Source: Carcharhinus longimanus
Taxonomy: Eukaryota
NCBI GenBank assembly: GCA_030264375.1
Contig: JASCQW010000043.1
Coordinates: 72,187,124-72,251,123 of the forward strand
Reading direction: 5' to 3'
Length of the DNA: 64,000 nucleotides
Shown: positions 41,526 through 55,569 of the stretch, piece after piece
Layout of the letters: every line of letters starts with the position of its first letter
Numbering within the stretch: the stretch's first letter is position 1
Notes under the pieces: generated by a model
What the model saw: only the letters and a program-made list of their open reading frames with translations
Database searches by the model: none
What the model was told of the DNA's origin: nothing
Position numbers and translations under genes: made by a program

Positions 41526-42894
41526 GAGGCCTGAGCAATTAATAGGTAAGGAATATTTTAAACACTGTTACCTTGCACCTGTTCCTTGCCTGAGTGAAAA
41601 TCTTTTGGTCACAGAATCTATTTGGAGAATGTGCTTTCACTGCGTGAGAGGCAGTTTTCAAGACTTTGGATGTTCTTTTACGATCATGGAGTTTTTTTGC
41701 CTTTGATCTTTGCTCCCAGCTGTCAACATTCTCATCAGCAAGGGAGATCCTTATGTAGATCTACCTTGAGGAACAAGAGGAACATCAGGAGCAGCAGCCT
41801 TCTCCTTAATCATTGCGGCTTCACAGGACAGAGGCAATAAACACAGAGCCCCAACTCATAGGAGGCAATACCCTCCAAAATGGGTTTATAGATAGAGGAT
41901 ATGACTGAGCACCAGTTCCTCAGGGTGCTCAGACTCTCTTATCAGGTGGTCTGCCTTTGTCCTGCTATTGCAGAAGCCAACCTGCCAAATGGACCAGGTG
42001 ATCACACATTAGGGTGAGAGTCAAAGTGGCCACAGCCTTTAATCTCTTCATCTCTGGTTCCTTCCAGGAATCAGTTGATGATATTTGTAGGATCTCAGGC
42101 TGCTGCCCACAAGTGTATCTTACAGATACCATGTTTACTTGGGTCAGCATTTGTGTGCACTCTGCAACTGATGAGGTCAAGTCAGAAGAACAGACACTCT
42201 GATTTGACACCCTGCTTGGCTTCTCATAGGTCCAAGGAGTCAGCTACTGCACACATGTGACAATCAGGGTGGCCTCAGATTACGCTGGAATCTTTGTCAA
42301 TCAAGGACATCAATGTTTAGCTCAACTGCAAGAGATTGTCATTATGTCTGTGCAAGATTCCCAGGAAACTGCCATGATGCATTAATCTTGTGCCAGTCAA
42401 ATCTTCCAGAGGTATTCACACCTTGAAGTAGAATTAACGATTGGCTCCATGAAGACTTTCTGAGGATATGGGTGATGTTATCACTAAGGAGCCCAAAACT
42501 GATGCTCAAGAAAAGTACAGCTAACACTACAAGAACACTAGAGTTGTAACTGAGCAAGCAATCAGACTGCTGCAATGCGATTCATGTGCTTGGACAGATC
42601 TGAGGGCACGCTTCATTAAACAGACAAAACAGGAGCTGGTATAGGCCATTGAAGTCCACTTTACCATTCAATATGGTTGATTTTCCAGCTCAACTCCTAT
42701 CTTCCTGCATTATCGTCACATCACTTAATTCCTTTAGTAAACAAAAATCTATCGATCTCTATTAGTATACATCAGTCAGAGTTTGCAGAATGATAGTGTT
42801 CTGCTGTGCCTTGTACAACATTGAATTGCAATTAGGGCTAAAGCTCCAGAAGGAGGAAGAGGGTGAACACTCTGCATCTTCAGAAGAGGAGCAA

Positions 42895-43317
42895 CGGGGG
42901 AGCAGCAAGGAGACAAGGAGGATCAGCCAGGAGACTAGGAGGAGCAGCAAGGAGACCAGGAGGAGCAGCAAGGAGACCAAGAGGAGCAGCAAGGAGACCA
43001 GGAGGAGCAGCAAGGNNNNNNNNNNNNNNNNNNNNNNNNNNNNNNNNNNNNNNNNNNNNNNNNNNNNNNNNNNNNNNNNNNNNNNNNNNNNNNNNNNNNN
43101 NNNNNNNNNNNNNNNAGATCAGGAGGAGCAGCAAGGAGATCAGGAGGAGCAGCAAGGAGGCCAGGAGGAGGAGCAAGGAGACCAGGAGGAGCAGCAAGGA
43201 GACCAGGAGGAGCAGCAAGGAGACCAGGAGGAGCAGCGTGGAGACAGGAGGAGCAGCAAGGAGACCAGGAGGAGCAGCAAGGAGATCAGGAGGAGCAGCA
43301 AGGAGACCAGGAGGAGC
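42895..43317 (+). repeat. 21-bp minisatellite in the transposase tail
   Basis: ggagaccaggaggagcagcaa; spans a 100-N gap. Confidence 0.95.
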
Positions 43318-46300
43318 ATGATGTGGCAAGGACACCAATAACTGTACTCATAGCTGACAGGGATGACTAGAACAATCTGATTCAGGCACGTTACATTTAA
43401 CCTGAGTGAGTGCAGCCATTTACCATACCAGTTCTGAAGCCACTGTGCCCTTCCAGTCGCCACAACAGAGCAGCCCCACACTGAACAATCATCCCAAGAT
43501 GAGAAAATTGAATAATGAAATCAATTTTATGGTATGAAAGAATGAAATGTGACAATGCAAACACTGTTTTAAAATCAGAGTAAATATCCTTATGCAAATA
43601 CAAATTTTTCTGTTTGTACTACTGCTATGTGGTGCTTATGTGGCTTCAACTGAGCTAGAGGCAGGCAGCTCTTTCCTCTACACTGACAGATCAGATGCTC
43701 TTGACTGACAGCCTCTGAGCTTGAGAGGTTGGAAAAGCCCTGCCAAAGACACACCAGCATATAAGCAGCAGGGCAAATCTGGACATCAGGGCAGGAAGCA
43801 GCATGTGGGGAGGGGACATGGAACAAAGTCTCCACTTCTGTGTTCCCATTCTCCATCTTCCCTCTCATAGTCCACCCATACTTCCCTGCTAGCTAAGAGT
43901 TGCAGAACACATAGCTGCACTTCAATGGGATACTGAATGCCAAGGCAAACTCTCCCACAGTCCTGCTTAATCCTGAGTGAGCAAACCAGTGGGGAGGGCT
44001 GTCATGTACTCTGTGGATTGTTGCATCTGATGCTTCATGTAGGAGGCCACTCTTTCCATGGCTGTTGACATGAGGGTGAATGTCAGTGGTGGCAGGTCAG
44101 ATGAGGATGCAGGGAGGTGCCTCACAAGAGAGGGATGGGACACCCACAAGGTGTTGACTTGAGACTAGCTGGAGAAGGCTGGGAAAGGCAGAGTGAGGGA
44201 AGATATTCCATGCCACTTACCTTTCCTGACAGAGTCATTGCACCTCCTGCAGGACCAGTGAGCCACTCTCCAACTCGCTGATCTCCCTGCCATTTCAAAT
44301 GGCAGCTGTTTATTTTCCAAATTGCCTGTGGGGAACAGAATCTCTCTACAGCAACCTCTCAAGATACATTGCTGTAGTGTGGCGCTACATTGCCATATTA
44401 ATCCTCCATACCCTCCTGATTTTGATTCCAACAACAAATCTTTGATATCCTTCAAGTCTGACCCTCTTCAGGCCCCTTTAAATAATTGAGCTGAAATAAA
44501 CTGATGTTGGTACTTCTCATGTTTGCCCACTCTAATTGGTCAGGAAACACAGAGGTCAGATGCATATGGGTTAAAAAGCTATTGAGAAGCACACTGCTAA
44601 AATGCCTGGCTTCCTGATTCACTCCTGGCCTCCCTCCCTGTGGGTAGGTCTTTGATTCAGCCCACCTTTTCAGAACAGGGGTGTAACTATACAGTGGAAT
44701 GAATCAAAAAGATATTGGGATAATGATACAGCAACATGCAATTACATTAACATTTGGCTATTATAACAAGCTTCACATGATGACACATATTTCCATGTGT
44801 GATCTGAGTATGCCACACTTCCCTATTAAATTCCTGTTTTCTCTGGTAACTAATATAAAACATAAAGGGTGAAATTGATCTTTGGTGGTAGCACAAAACA
44901 GGCAATTGATGTCCTGTTTTACACTCTGCTCGATTTTCTCTTTCATTGATATGGTGTAGAATGAACTGCTGATTCATTATCGCCCTTTTCGTGTGATTGT
45001 CAAAAGCCAATTTCAACCTCATAGTTTCTCCTATCCCTTCACTACATTGCAAAGCAATAGCTGGTGTGTGCAAGTGTTCTTGTAAAAGCTCAAATTCCAA
45101 AGCAGCAGCAAAAAAAGGGGTTGACTTGATAATTCCGTCACTTAGATCATTTTCATAAATTGGTTGAAAATAACCATTTTAAAGCAGTCGGGAATAACAT
45201 AGAACGAGATTCCCTGGCCTTCCCTCAGCCTTTATCTCAGTAGCAGGAGATGACGTAGCATTTGTTGGCTACAGGATCCTCTGGTTCCACCGCTATCAAT
45301 GGGAATTCCCACTGAAATCACCCCACGCTGCCTGGAAAACCTACGGCAGGATGTTCGCTGCCATTGGGACTAGAGAATCCCACTGGCGTGAACAGCCAGA
45401 GAATCCCAGACATAATTTCCATTTATTTGTATAAATGCAATCATTCTAATTACTGGCAAAAAGATCTTTGAATAGATTTTTTGAATTATCTTTATAACCT
45501 ATAACAAGATGTCAGTAGGAAAGAGGAATAGTTTATAGGATTCCTCTATAAAGTCAGCATATTTTTAAACTGCCTTTCATTACAGAATAATATTCACACT
45601 GTTACCATTCTTGATACCGTAACTTTAGAGATAAACTGGAACAAAATTAATTATGGTCCAATTTTGGGCACAAACCATCAACCTGCCTGAGGCAAGGCCA
45701 CAAATGGAAGGCAGGATATTCTTTGGGTGACTCGTTGGCACCTGATGTGCCTTGACAGGCAGCTCACCTCTTTTCATGATATGGATATCAGACCACTTGC
45801 CTTCCTGGCAGCAGCTTGAATGCATTTTGCAGAATGTGAGGGGGGAGAGCAATGCAGAGTGTTTAATTGTGATTCCTGTTGAGTCAGTGGAGCTCTGCCA
45901 CTTCGNNNNNNNNNNNNNNNNNNNNNNNNNNNNNNNNNNNNNNNNNNNNNNNNNNNNNNNNNNNNNNNNNNNNNNNNNNNNNNNNNNNNNNNNNNNNNNN
46001 NNNNNNNNNNNNNNNNNNNNNNNNNNNNNNNNNNNNNNNNNNNNNNNNNNNNNNNNNNNNNNNNNNNNNNNNNNNNNNNNNNNNNNNNNNNNNNNNNNNN
46101 NNNNNNNNNNNNNNNNNNNNNNNNNNNNNNNNNNNNNNNNNNNNNNNNNNNNNNNNNNNNNNNNNNNNNNNNNNNNNNNNNNNNNNNNNNNNNNNNNNNN
46201 NNNNNNNNNNNNNNNNNNNNNNNNNNNNNNNNNNNNNNNNNNNNNNNNNNNNNNNNNNNNNNNNNNNNNNNNNNNNNNNNNNNNNNNNNNNNNNNNNNNN

Positions 46301-47559
46301 NNNNNNNNNNNNNNNNNNNNNNNNNNNNNNNNNNNNNNNNNNNNNNNNNNNNNNNNNNNNNNNNNNNNNNNNNNNNNNNNNNNNNNNNNNNNNNNNNNNN
46401 NNNNNNNNNNNNNNNNNNNNNNNNNNNNNNNNNNNNNNNNNNNNNNNNNNNNNNNNNNNNNNNNNNNNNNNNNNNNNNNNNNNNNNNNNNNNNNNNNNNN
46501 NNNNNNNNNNNNNNNNNNNNNNNNNNNNNNNNNNNNNNNNNNNNNNNNNNNNNNNNNNNNNNNNNNNNNNNNNNNNNNNNNNNNNNNNNNNNNNNNNNNN
46601 NNNNNNNNNNNNNNNNNNNNNNNNNNNNNNNNNNNNNNGCCAGCATTGACAGTGTGGGTTGGGGGTTGAGGGAATGAGGTCCGATGTTCTGGGGGGACGG
46701 GGGAGGGGATGTCAGCATCCGCAGTTGGGTGAGGGCAGGTTTTTAGCCTGATCAGGGCATCTTTTAAACATGGCACCTAGTTTGCAGTGCAGCCAACCTT
46801 TGCTGGCATTTTGAGGCCTCACCCATCTACATGATGGTGTGAAACATACCTACCTGTTTTTTTTAACAACAGAGTGTGGTAAGATCTGGAGAGGAATGCA
46901 CCGTTTTTCTTGTCAGAACTAATACTGCCATTGTTTGGTAAGATTTTGCCAATTTTTTTGTAAATTTTGTCAGTAGGCCTGGATCCCTACATTACTTGTT
47001 ACAATTTAATTTTTCCATGGGAGTCTAAAACAGACATTAAATCCATTATTTATATATAAGTTGTCAAATGCCTATTTTAGGGAGCTGTCTGTGATGCCTG
47101 TAAAATGGCCCTACTCAATATCAGGTTGGAAATCCTTTTGATATTGGTATTGGTCATTAAAATCAGTTTGTATTGTGTCTGTTTTATGCCTGTTAAATGG
47201 GCACAACAAGATCCAGTATCTGAATTCTGAATATTATATCAACCAAACTAATTTTCAATTACATCCACATTAGAGATCACATTACCTTTGATCTGCATCT
47301 GGGGGTTTTCATGAAATGATCTCTCAAATTCATAAAACGGCAGCCACATGTTCTTACAATTACTGAAATTTATTGCAGTTCAGATCATAAATTTATAAAG
47401 GAATATTCGTATTTGTTCCAAGTCAATAATTGTAACATATTAAAATGTTTCCAAGAGGCTTTTTATAAAATTCCTAATCAAAGCAGTATCATCAAATGTG
47501 AAATTCTAATCTAAGTAGAATGTCCTTGGGGCCAAGTGGGATAGTCTCTGTAAACAAGC

Positions 47560-47900
47560 CTGGAGATCAGGATGCAGGATTAATCTTCTGCCATTGTTGG
47601 TGGTGTAGACTGCACGTCGATCTAGTGCTGATCACACTGGCTCAACATGATGAAAGGTTAGCATCGGTTAACGTTAATTGGCACTATGTAAAGCCAGCCA
47701 GCTCCTCTTAAAAGGGAAGTGGTGGGGGCAGGTGTCTGAAGTTATTTTACAACTGATCCTGACATGGAAAAGATAGGAAAATAGCACAACATGGGAGAAA
47801 GCAGGCTTGAAGGTAATCCAGAACTTTAACGGTGACCTTGGTCAAGGAAATGCGGAAGGAGAAAGAGCACAAGAGTAGAACAAATAAGGCCATGACTGCT
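47560..47900 (+). mobile_element. Partial copy of the Harbinger-Myb element seen at 5520-6760
   Basis: taaagccagcc..cttaaaagggaag..caggtg..atagcacaacatgggagaaag matches the reverse complement of about 6480-6630. Confidence 0.5.
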
Positions 47901-49894
47901 TGTAGCAGCAGGGTCTGCTAAGTAAAGATAACAGCCTTTGCATGCTTCTTAACTTCATTCATTTAGTGTTTCGAGCCCACGACAGGGAAAAAGGGCAGCC
48001 CGTGAGGAGGAGGTGGGGAAGTGATGATGGGGACTTAGAAATCATTAAACTGAGGTCAGAAATGATGTGACAGACTCTATCGCACTGTTCAAAAACAAGC
48101 AGGATATTCTCCCAAAGTCCTGGGCAACAATCATCCCTCAACCAACATGATAGAGACAGAATAATTGGTTATTCAATATATTACTGTGCACAAATCAACA
48201 ACTGCCTTTAAGGCAACAGTGAATACATTTCAAAAGTAATTTGTTGATTGTGGGATATCCAAAAATGTGAAAACTATTATACAAATTCAAGTGTTTTATT
48301 TTCCTTATGTTCACAGTATTTATTTCATGACTTAGGAAGTCCCCACCACCACTGAAAAATTCAGTGAGACGATTATTTTTTAAATAGGATTTAATTGCAA
48401 CATGGAATAAAACTCGCTTTCTTTCAAATGTCTGTAGTGTCACTTAATCGTAGGAAACTGCAGGATGTCAGAAGGTTGGCATTCTTCAACAGATGTTGCT
48501 CATAAGTATTAGAGCAGATGTGCTTGACACAGGAATGATGTGACCCAGCGGTTTCAGTGCTATCATTCTCTTTCATGCCTTCTGTTCTTACCAGCTCTTC
48601 CATTTAGATTTGGCCAGAAACAAGCCACTCCTGACCTCATTGCAGCCCTGAATCAAACCTGGACAAAAGGGCTGAATGTTAAAGGGAAGATGAAGAGCAG
48701 CCCCTTCTATCCCAATAGAAATCAGGACAGCATTTAGCTGAGTGTGCAGCATGGTACCAACCCAAACAAAACCGAGGTCAATGGCGATGGGGATGTGCGG
48801 GGCAGCAGAGGTGCTGCAGTCATTAAAGGCAAACTATTCCAACAGCTAGAGTTACACCTGACACATCAGAAGCGGTCTGGGGTTAATGAAAGCCAAATCA
48901 TTATAGTCCTAACATTGCCACTAGAGTTCCTCAAGGCAGTGTCTTTGCCCCCACCAATTTGAGTTACTTCACCAGCTGGGGAAATTGAGCTTTCACAACT
49001 GAGACACATGGATTTTTGTTAGGTAAATAAGGGAATTTAAGGACATGGAGCAAAGTAGGTACATGGAATCAAAATAGATAAGCCATGGAATAATTGAATA
49101 GTAATATGGGCTTGATGGGCTGAATAGCCTACTCCTGATCCTATGTTCTGCATTAGGATGATCACAACTGGAAAGTTTGCTCAAGCACTGAAGCAACCAG
49201 TTTCCGATAATGATGGGAAGAAGCTGCCGAGTGGTTTTAACGTTAGAAGGAAGTTGCAGTATAATGGCTTCTTAGAGCATAGAAATAGTACTTTGACCCT
49301 GATAAGAACTGTAAAACAGCAGCAATTCTGCCAAATTTAATGGCAGAACTCAAATTATTTTTTGTTCCCCTGACTTTCGATTGCAGCTAACCAGATTGAG
49401 AGTCTGGGAAGGGCTGTGGGGGCTTGGAGTGAGGGAAAGAGGAAGAATCCCTGTTTCTGCTTATCTCTCACCTTTCATTTCCCTTCAGTTGCTGGGTTTC
49501 CCGAGACCTTGGAAATCCGGCTGGCGAGCAGCCTCAAATTTTAAGTGTTGGTAAAATGCAGAGCTGACTCCACAGACTGGAATTCACAACAGATGGTATT
49601 AGCATTTCATTTCCTTTTGTTATTATTAATCCCTGTGGGATTTTTCCTCATTCACTCACCGGATGCAAGGTGATATGCTTTAGGTTTATCTTAGCAAACC
49701 AAAGTTTCAAGACTTTGATACATTTGAAATCTAGTGCAATCTGTAAATCCTAATGTGGGTTGAGATCATTGTTACTTGAATTGGATGAAGTCATTCTTGG
49801 AGGCACCTACATTGTTTGGATACCTGGAAACCTCTTTCCCAAAGGTCTCGCCAGGGACATCTGAACATCCCCCTCAAAGAGAATTCAGTAAATT

Positions 49895-50196
49895 GAAAGT
49901 TAAAGCTTATTTGTTAGTCACAAGTACGCTTACGTTAACACTGAAATGAAGTTACTGTGAGAATCCCCTAGTCACCACACTCCGGCGCCTGTTCGGGTAC
50001 ACTGAAGGGCAAATTAGCATGGCCAATCTACCTAATCAGCACATTTTTGGACCGTAGGAGTAAATCAGAGCGCTCAGAGGAAACCCATGCATACACGGAG
50101 AGAACGTGCAAACTCTACACAGGCAGCGACCCAAGCCAGGAATCGAAGCCGGGTTCCTGGTGCTGTGAGGCAGCAGTGCTTGCCACTGTGCCACCT
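49895..50196 (-). mobile_element. V-SINE with alternative tail
   Basis: Collinear with 22612-22931. Confidence 0.85.
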
Positions 50197-51101
50197 ACCC
50201 CCCCACCCCCCACCACCCACCATGCCACGTCCTGATGCTCTGATGTTGACTGAAGAAATATTTAACCCATCTGTTGGTTGCTTGTCTTTTCATCATTTTT
50301 GTTCTTGTGATTGACATTCACTTTCAACTGCATCTTAATATAATGAGAATGCTTTTGCTTCAATCTCCCATCATGCTTACAGTGAACACAACCTCATTTT
50401 TAAAGATCTCTTGTGCCTCACCTCCCTATCCCAAGGGAACCCCTTGAAGGTCTGTAATATTTCTTGTTTGTAAGTGTCTAAGATAAAGAAATTAAAAAGA
50501 ACTTGAAGTTACAAGAGCTTTCGACATTCTTGGAACACTGCACAGTGCTCCACAGCCAATACCTGAATAGCGCAATCACAATTGCACATACAGTGGGCTA
50601 ATTTTCACATAGCAAGACACCAGAAACAGCAATGAGGTACATCACCACATAATTTGCCTCAGTAACTTTGGATGAGGATCAGATTTTGGCTAGGACGTTA
50701 GAAGGACATCTCTGCACCTCTTCAAATAGTGCCTTAGGAACTTTAACATTCAACAATGAAAGCAATTTAGCATTTCATTCTGAAGATATCCCTCAACCAG
50801 TGTTGCAAGACTACATGCTGAAATGGGTGATTGGGCATTGATTTTGGGATTCGCCGACTCTTACAGAATAGCACTACCACTGAGGCAAGGCTGAATAATG
50901 GTATAATGCCCAAAGCATAAATAAAATTGCCATGATACTATGGATAAATCTCATTTTCTGATGCAATTATATCAATATCAGGGAATATTAGTATTTATGT
51001 CCTTTGGTCTGTGACTTAGCACATTCCCCAGTTGATGGGACACATTGGTTCTGTTGCTTAAAGATGTTAGTTAATTCAGCAAAAATAACATTACTTGATT
51101 T

Positions 51102-51265
51102 TCATAGAACTAAAACAGATTTGCTTTTGAAAGACCTATCCAATGATTTATTCATCCTTGCTGGCTTTTCATTTGCCCTTGTATTTCTCATCATTGATTT
51201 GTTCTGCAATGTGGAACATTTCTCACTGAGTGGAGTAAGAATTAAATACATTGTAAATAATCTTT
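51102..51265 (-). pseudogene. TM7-end/helix 8 and C-tail remnant
   Basis: Acceptor tttgtttcttcatag, then RLFTMYLILTPLSE(N)V with one extra A; compare GLFIFIFHCAMKENV. A basic/polar tail stays open to 51102. Confidence 0.55.
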
Positions 51266-51854
51266 CTATGAAGAAACAAAGCAAAATTGAAGAAAATACT
51301 GAGGGAGGTCCAAGTCATTCCACGTGAGCTGATCTTCCTAATTTGAGATGGGAAAAGGTTATTAGAGATCACCAATACTAATTTATTATGAGCACAACAT
51401 AATGCAAGACAGATGTTTCTAAATTATCTGCACATTTTAGTGATTTTTTTACTTCTGTCACATTGAAGCAACAGCCAGATTTCTGACTTTTGATAAGCAA
51501 CTCATTGCGATATATTTAGAAATTATTATTCTGAATTTTTAGCATATTAGTGTGTTCCCCACCATCACATTGCAAATACAAATGTCTTTATTAATATATT
51601 TTGATTTTAATCATAAAGGGAACTTGCCACCTATTTATCAAAAGCAAACAAATAAACATTTTCTATTGTAAAATATTTTTGTCTTTGGTGAGGGTATTAT
51701 TTCTGGACTCATGAGACATTTCAAATTATTTAGGTCAACAGGAAGATCTTATTAATACTTAGACTGTAATTGCAGTGAATTTTAATTATTGCTCAGTAGA
51801 CACAGTGCTGTAGGATTCCCTACTTCAATTATACTTTATGTCTGTCTTTTGTCT

Positions 51855-51975
51855 CGCACAGAAGGTAGAGAAGATGCACAGGAGGGAAAGGGAATGTACA
51901 GCTGAGTGAAAGTATGCAGGTTCACAGTTGTGGTTCCTCATGAGTGAAGTCAAGATTGTCATCAATCCAACACAC
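51855..51975 (-). pseudogene. ECL2 CWI joined by deletion to TM6/TM7-start remnant
   Basis: CWIDDNLDF (CWI at 51972-51964), then LMRN..TVNL and FPPVHLLYLLC; compare CWIQDPVIF, VLRNLRSVVSL, GPVNVTFMYLF. TM5 is absent. Confidence 0.65.
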
Positions 51976-52018
51976 ACTACTTCGTAAATATTAATTTTGC
52001 TTAATGCTCTTTTGTTGA

Positions 52019-52318
<300 letters not shown>

Positions 52319-52369
52319 TGAAACAAAGTAACAAATTAATGGCGTAGTTAGAATAAAGTTCTATTACAA

Positions 52370-52510
52370 TAAATCACCATTATAATTGGTAAATAAATTC
52401 TTAGCATAGCAATGGCTATATCTGCATCATTCTAGAAATAGCCATGTGGGAGTCCAGAATAAGAACCTTCGATTACAGCAAGACCATGAGGGAATTATAT
52501 CAGGAAACAC
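52370..52510 (-). pseudogene. TM2-end/TM3 remnant
   Basis: HGL(C)..RFLFWTPTWLFLE (TWLFLE at 52447-52430)..NLFTNY, compare aGPCR FLLATFTWMGLE..KVFNTY. Confidence 0.6.
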
Positions 52511-52854
52511 ACCTTATAGAATCATAGAATAGTTAAATCACAGGAGGAGGCCATTCAGTTTGTCATGCCTGTTGTGGTTCTCTTCTAGAGCAATTCAGCT
52601 CATCTCACACCACTCCCTTGCCCCCCATCATTGCAATTTTCTTTTATACAGAGGATGATGGAAATCCGGAGCTCTCTTCCCTAAATACTGCTGAGGCTAG
52701 GTTAAGGAAACATTTCAAAACTGAATAAAGAGTTGTGGAACAATGGTGGGTAGATGGAGTTAAGATACAGGTCAGTTTTAATCTAATCGAATGGTACAGC
52801 AGACTTGAGGAGCTGGATGTTCATTTTAACTAACAATTTTCTTATGTTCCTAAT

Positions 52855-53289
52855 GTGTTTGAGCTTGCTACATACATCAAAGCTACCAATAGCTAACAGC
52901 AGTGACATTATCACAACCAGCCTGTTACAACTGACATGTTATTTGTGAATAATTTCCTTTTGGCCATTGCACTTCTGAACTGCTGATTGGTAGATCTACA
53001 TTCATTGAATCTGATTCTCAATGTTGGACTGAAGTATGGAACTTGTTTTCTTAGATTGCAGTTTATAACCTCTGCTGCCACCCATCTAATAAAAACTATA
53101 GCTACTCTTAGTCAACTAAACATCTATCTGGATGTGAACAGAACAAATTAAGGCATATTGCAAACATCTGTGTAGAATTAAGATGAGTTCAACAGGGATG
53201 TTTTTCAAATTCAAGCTGACATCTACTGATTGATGCATGCGATTCCTTTTATAAGTTCTTAGGTAGGATTTAGTGGTGGAACCCCCACC
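52855..53289 (-). pseudogene. GAIN-B, GPS and TM1 remnants
   Basis: ttttttgattcag|GGGSTTKSYLRTY..IAC/ASIS..DVSLNLKNIPVELILILH..LIC; ttttattag|GW..SRGYKLQSKKTSSILQSN (decayed GW..GC..C.CNH); DLPISSSEVQ from 52996; VSCNRLVVIMSLLLAIGSFDVCSKLKH. Confidence 0.7.
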
Positions 53290-53604
53290 CTGAATCAAAA
53301 AATAGTGGATATCTTGCCCTTACTGCAAAGCTCTCCTTCAGATTTGACTGAATGATTCTGGATTACGAGCTGTTATCTCCTATACTTTTGTGGTTGTGTA
53401 ACATTACAATCAGAATGGGATTCAGCGTTGTACATTTTAATTAACAAATGTGATCAGCATAAAACAATCATTAAACTGAATTAAAATGCATTGAAAATGC
53501 CATAAAAACATTGTACTTCAAGATAAGAAAGGCAGGCTAACATTTGGGAATGGCCCTTTTATCATAACAGTCTTTAAAGTGGGTATCCCCATTTCTGTAT
53601 TTAA

Positions 53605-53950
53605 ATAACAACTTATATTTATATCCTGTCTTTAACATAATAAAACATCTCAAGGTGCTTCAGAGGAGGGTTGTAAAGCAAATTTAGACACCAAGCCACG
53701 TAAAGCAATATTGGAGCATATAGCGAAAAGTTTGGTGAATGAGGTAGGAACATCTTAAAGGAAGAAAAATGAGAGAGAAGCGGAGAATTTTAGGGAGTAT
53801 GTGCCAGAACTTAGAGCCTGGCCAGCTAAAGACACAACTATCACTGGTTAAGCAAATAATATTTGGGGTGCTCTAAAGTTTAGAATTAGAGGAGTGCAGA
53901 TACAAAGATTGATCGTGGGGTTAATGGAAACTACAGAGATAGGGTTCCAC
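53605..53950 (-). mobile_element. L2-like LINE 3' fragment
   Basis: caacttatatttat..aaacatctcaaggtgcttca 3'-end sequence related to the DeuSINE tails. Confidence 0.6.
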
Positions 53951-54329
53951 AGTAAGGTTAGTCAATAGTGAAGACTGACTAAGATATAGACCAAACCAGT
54001 AGAAAAATTTATCATGATCAAGAAGACGTTTTGGACACCATACCAAGTCAAGAAATAAATAGATACACACGCACAAATTCTCCTTCAGACAAGAACATTG
54101 TAGAAACTGGAGAGTCATTTTTTAAATTCTGTACTCCAGACTGTGAGGCTCATTTGTTAGTAGCTCATATCACAAATCTCATTTCCTATTATTATCCCCC
54201 ACCCTGCCGTTAACAGCAAGTTCTTATTTTATTTCCCCTACAACAAATTTATTACGAAACAGAACCCCTACTGAGCCACCTAATTCAATCTGGTTATAGA
54301 AGGAAGCCATCTGTGTTTTGTGATTGTGG

Positions 54330-55360
54330 TATTTCTTGTTCATTTCTGGGATGTGGGCATCACTGGCTAGGTCAGCATTTATTGCCCATCCTTAGTTAGC
54401 TTTAAGTAAGCGGAGGTGAGCTACCTTCTTGAACCATTACAATCCCTCAGGTGTAGGTGCACTTAGTGCCATTAGGGAGAGGGTTCCAGGATTTTGACTT
54501 GATAGTAGTGAAGGAACGACAATATGTTTCCATCTCAGGATGTCAGGAGGTGAGTTACACACCATAGAATTCCCAACTTCTGATCAGCTCATGTGGCCAC
54601 AGTATTTATATCGCTGGTCTAGGTCGGTTCCTAGTCGATTTCTAATCACGCTGAAGATAGTGACATTGGGGGATTCAGTGATGGTAATACCATTCATTGT
54701 CAAGGAGCGATTGTTAGGTTCTCTCTTGTTGAAGATGCTCATCGCCTGGCACTTGTGTAGCACAAATGTTACTTGTTACTTGTCAGCCCAAGCCAGGTCT
54801 TGTCCAGGTCTTGCTCCATTTGGATTGCTTCAGTATCTGAGGAGTTACGAATGGTGCTGAACATTGTGCAGTTGTCAGCAAACATCTCCACTTCTGACCT
54901 TATGTTGGAAGGAAGGTCATTGCTGAAGTAGCTGAAGGTGATTGGACCTAGAACATACCCTGAGGAACTCCTGTAATGATGTGCTGAAATGGAGATGATT
55001 GACTTCCAGCTAGCACGACCATCTTTCTTCATGCCAGGTATGACCCAAACCAGCATGATCTCCCCATGATTCCCATTGACTCCAGTTTTGCTAGGGTCCT
55101 TTGATGCAACATTTGGTCAAATGCTGCCTTGATGTCATGGCAGTCACTTTCGTCTGACCTCTGAAGTTAGACTCTTTTGTCCATGTTTGAACCAAGGCAA
55201 TAATGACATCAGGAGCCAAGTGACCCTGGCAGAACCCAAGCCTGAGCACCAGTGAGCAAGTTATTTTTGAGCATGGGCCAATTAATAGCGCTGATGTTGC
55301 CTGCTTTACTGATGATGGGACAGTAATTGGGAGGGATGGATTTGTCCTGTTTCTTGTGTG
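54330..55360 (-). mobile_element. CR1/L2-group LINE RT and 3' end
   Basis: LGFCQGHLAPDVIIALVQTWTKE and VLGPITFSYFSNDLP..MFADNC; sister fragments at about 48600-48975 (+) and 62170-63040 (-). Confidence 0.85.
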
Positions 55361-55569
55361 GAGGAGACATAAATTAGATCCAACAGATAAGAAGCTTGTG
55401 ATATTGAATGCCTCCATATTACACACAAAAAAAATCTCACTAATCATTAACCTTCAAACTGGTGCTTAAGTGTTAGAGTTTGGCCTTGACAATGCATTGA
55501 TGTGGCACTCAGATAATTGGGCATGACTGATTGTTTCTGGAGGGCTTATCATTCTGTTGATATACTCAC

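Larger units (their letters stand above)
41160..44665 (+). mobile_element. Near full-length decayed Harbinger/PIF transposon
   Basis: + strand transposase motifs VKVATAFNLFISGSFQ, QAAAHKCI, (D>Y)CTHV, PGNCHDA, EQAI.LL..RF.CLDRS, CCALYN, NLIQARY* at about 41880-43400. - strand Myb exon REILFP..CRRCNDSVRK|gtaagt at about 44400-44220. Confidence 0.8.

Noticed and set aside
45625-46776. Long ORFs of 256-383 aa (and other X-containing ORFs)
   Set aside because: Artefacts of N-gaps.
50250-50314. IFNPS..FC resembling the TrkC 14-aa kinase insert exon
   Set aside because: It lies upstream of the YSTDYYR exon (wrong position) and lacks matching splice sites.
53921-53980. TNLTVEPYLCSFH as a GAIN strand
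   Set aside because: Its second half derives from the adjacent L2 fragment; a better match exists at 53289-53170.
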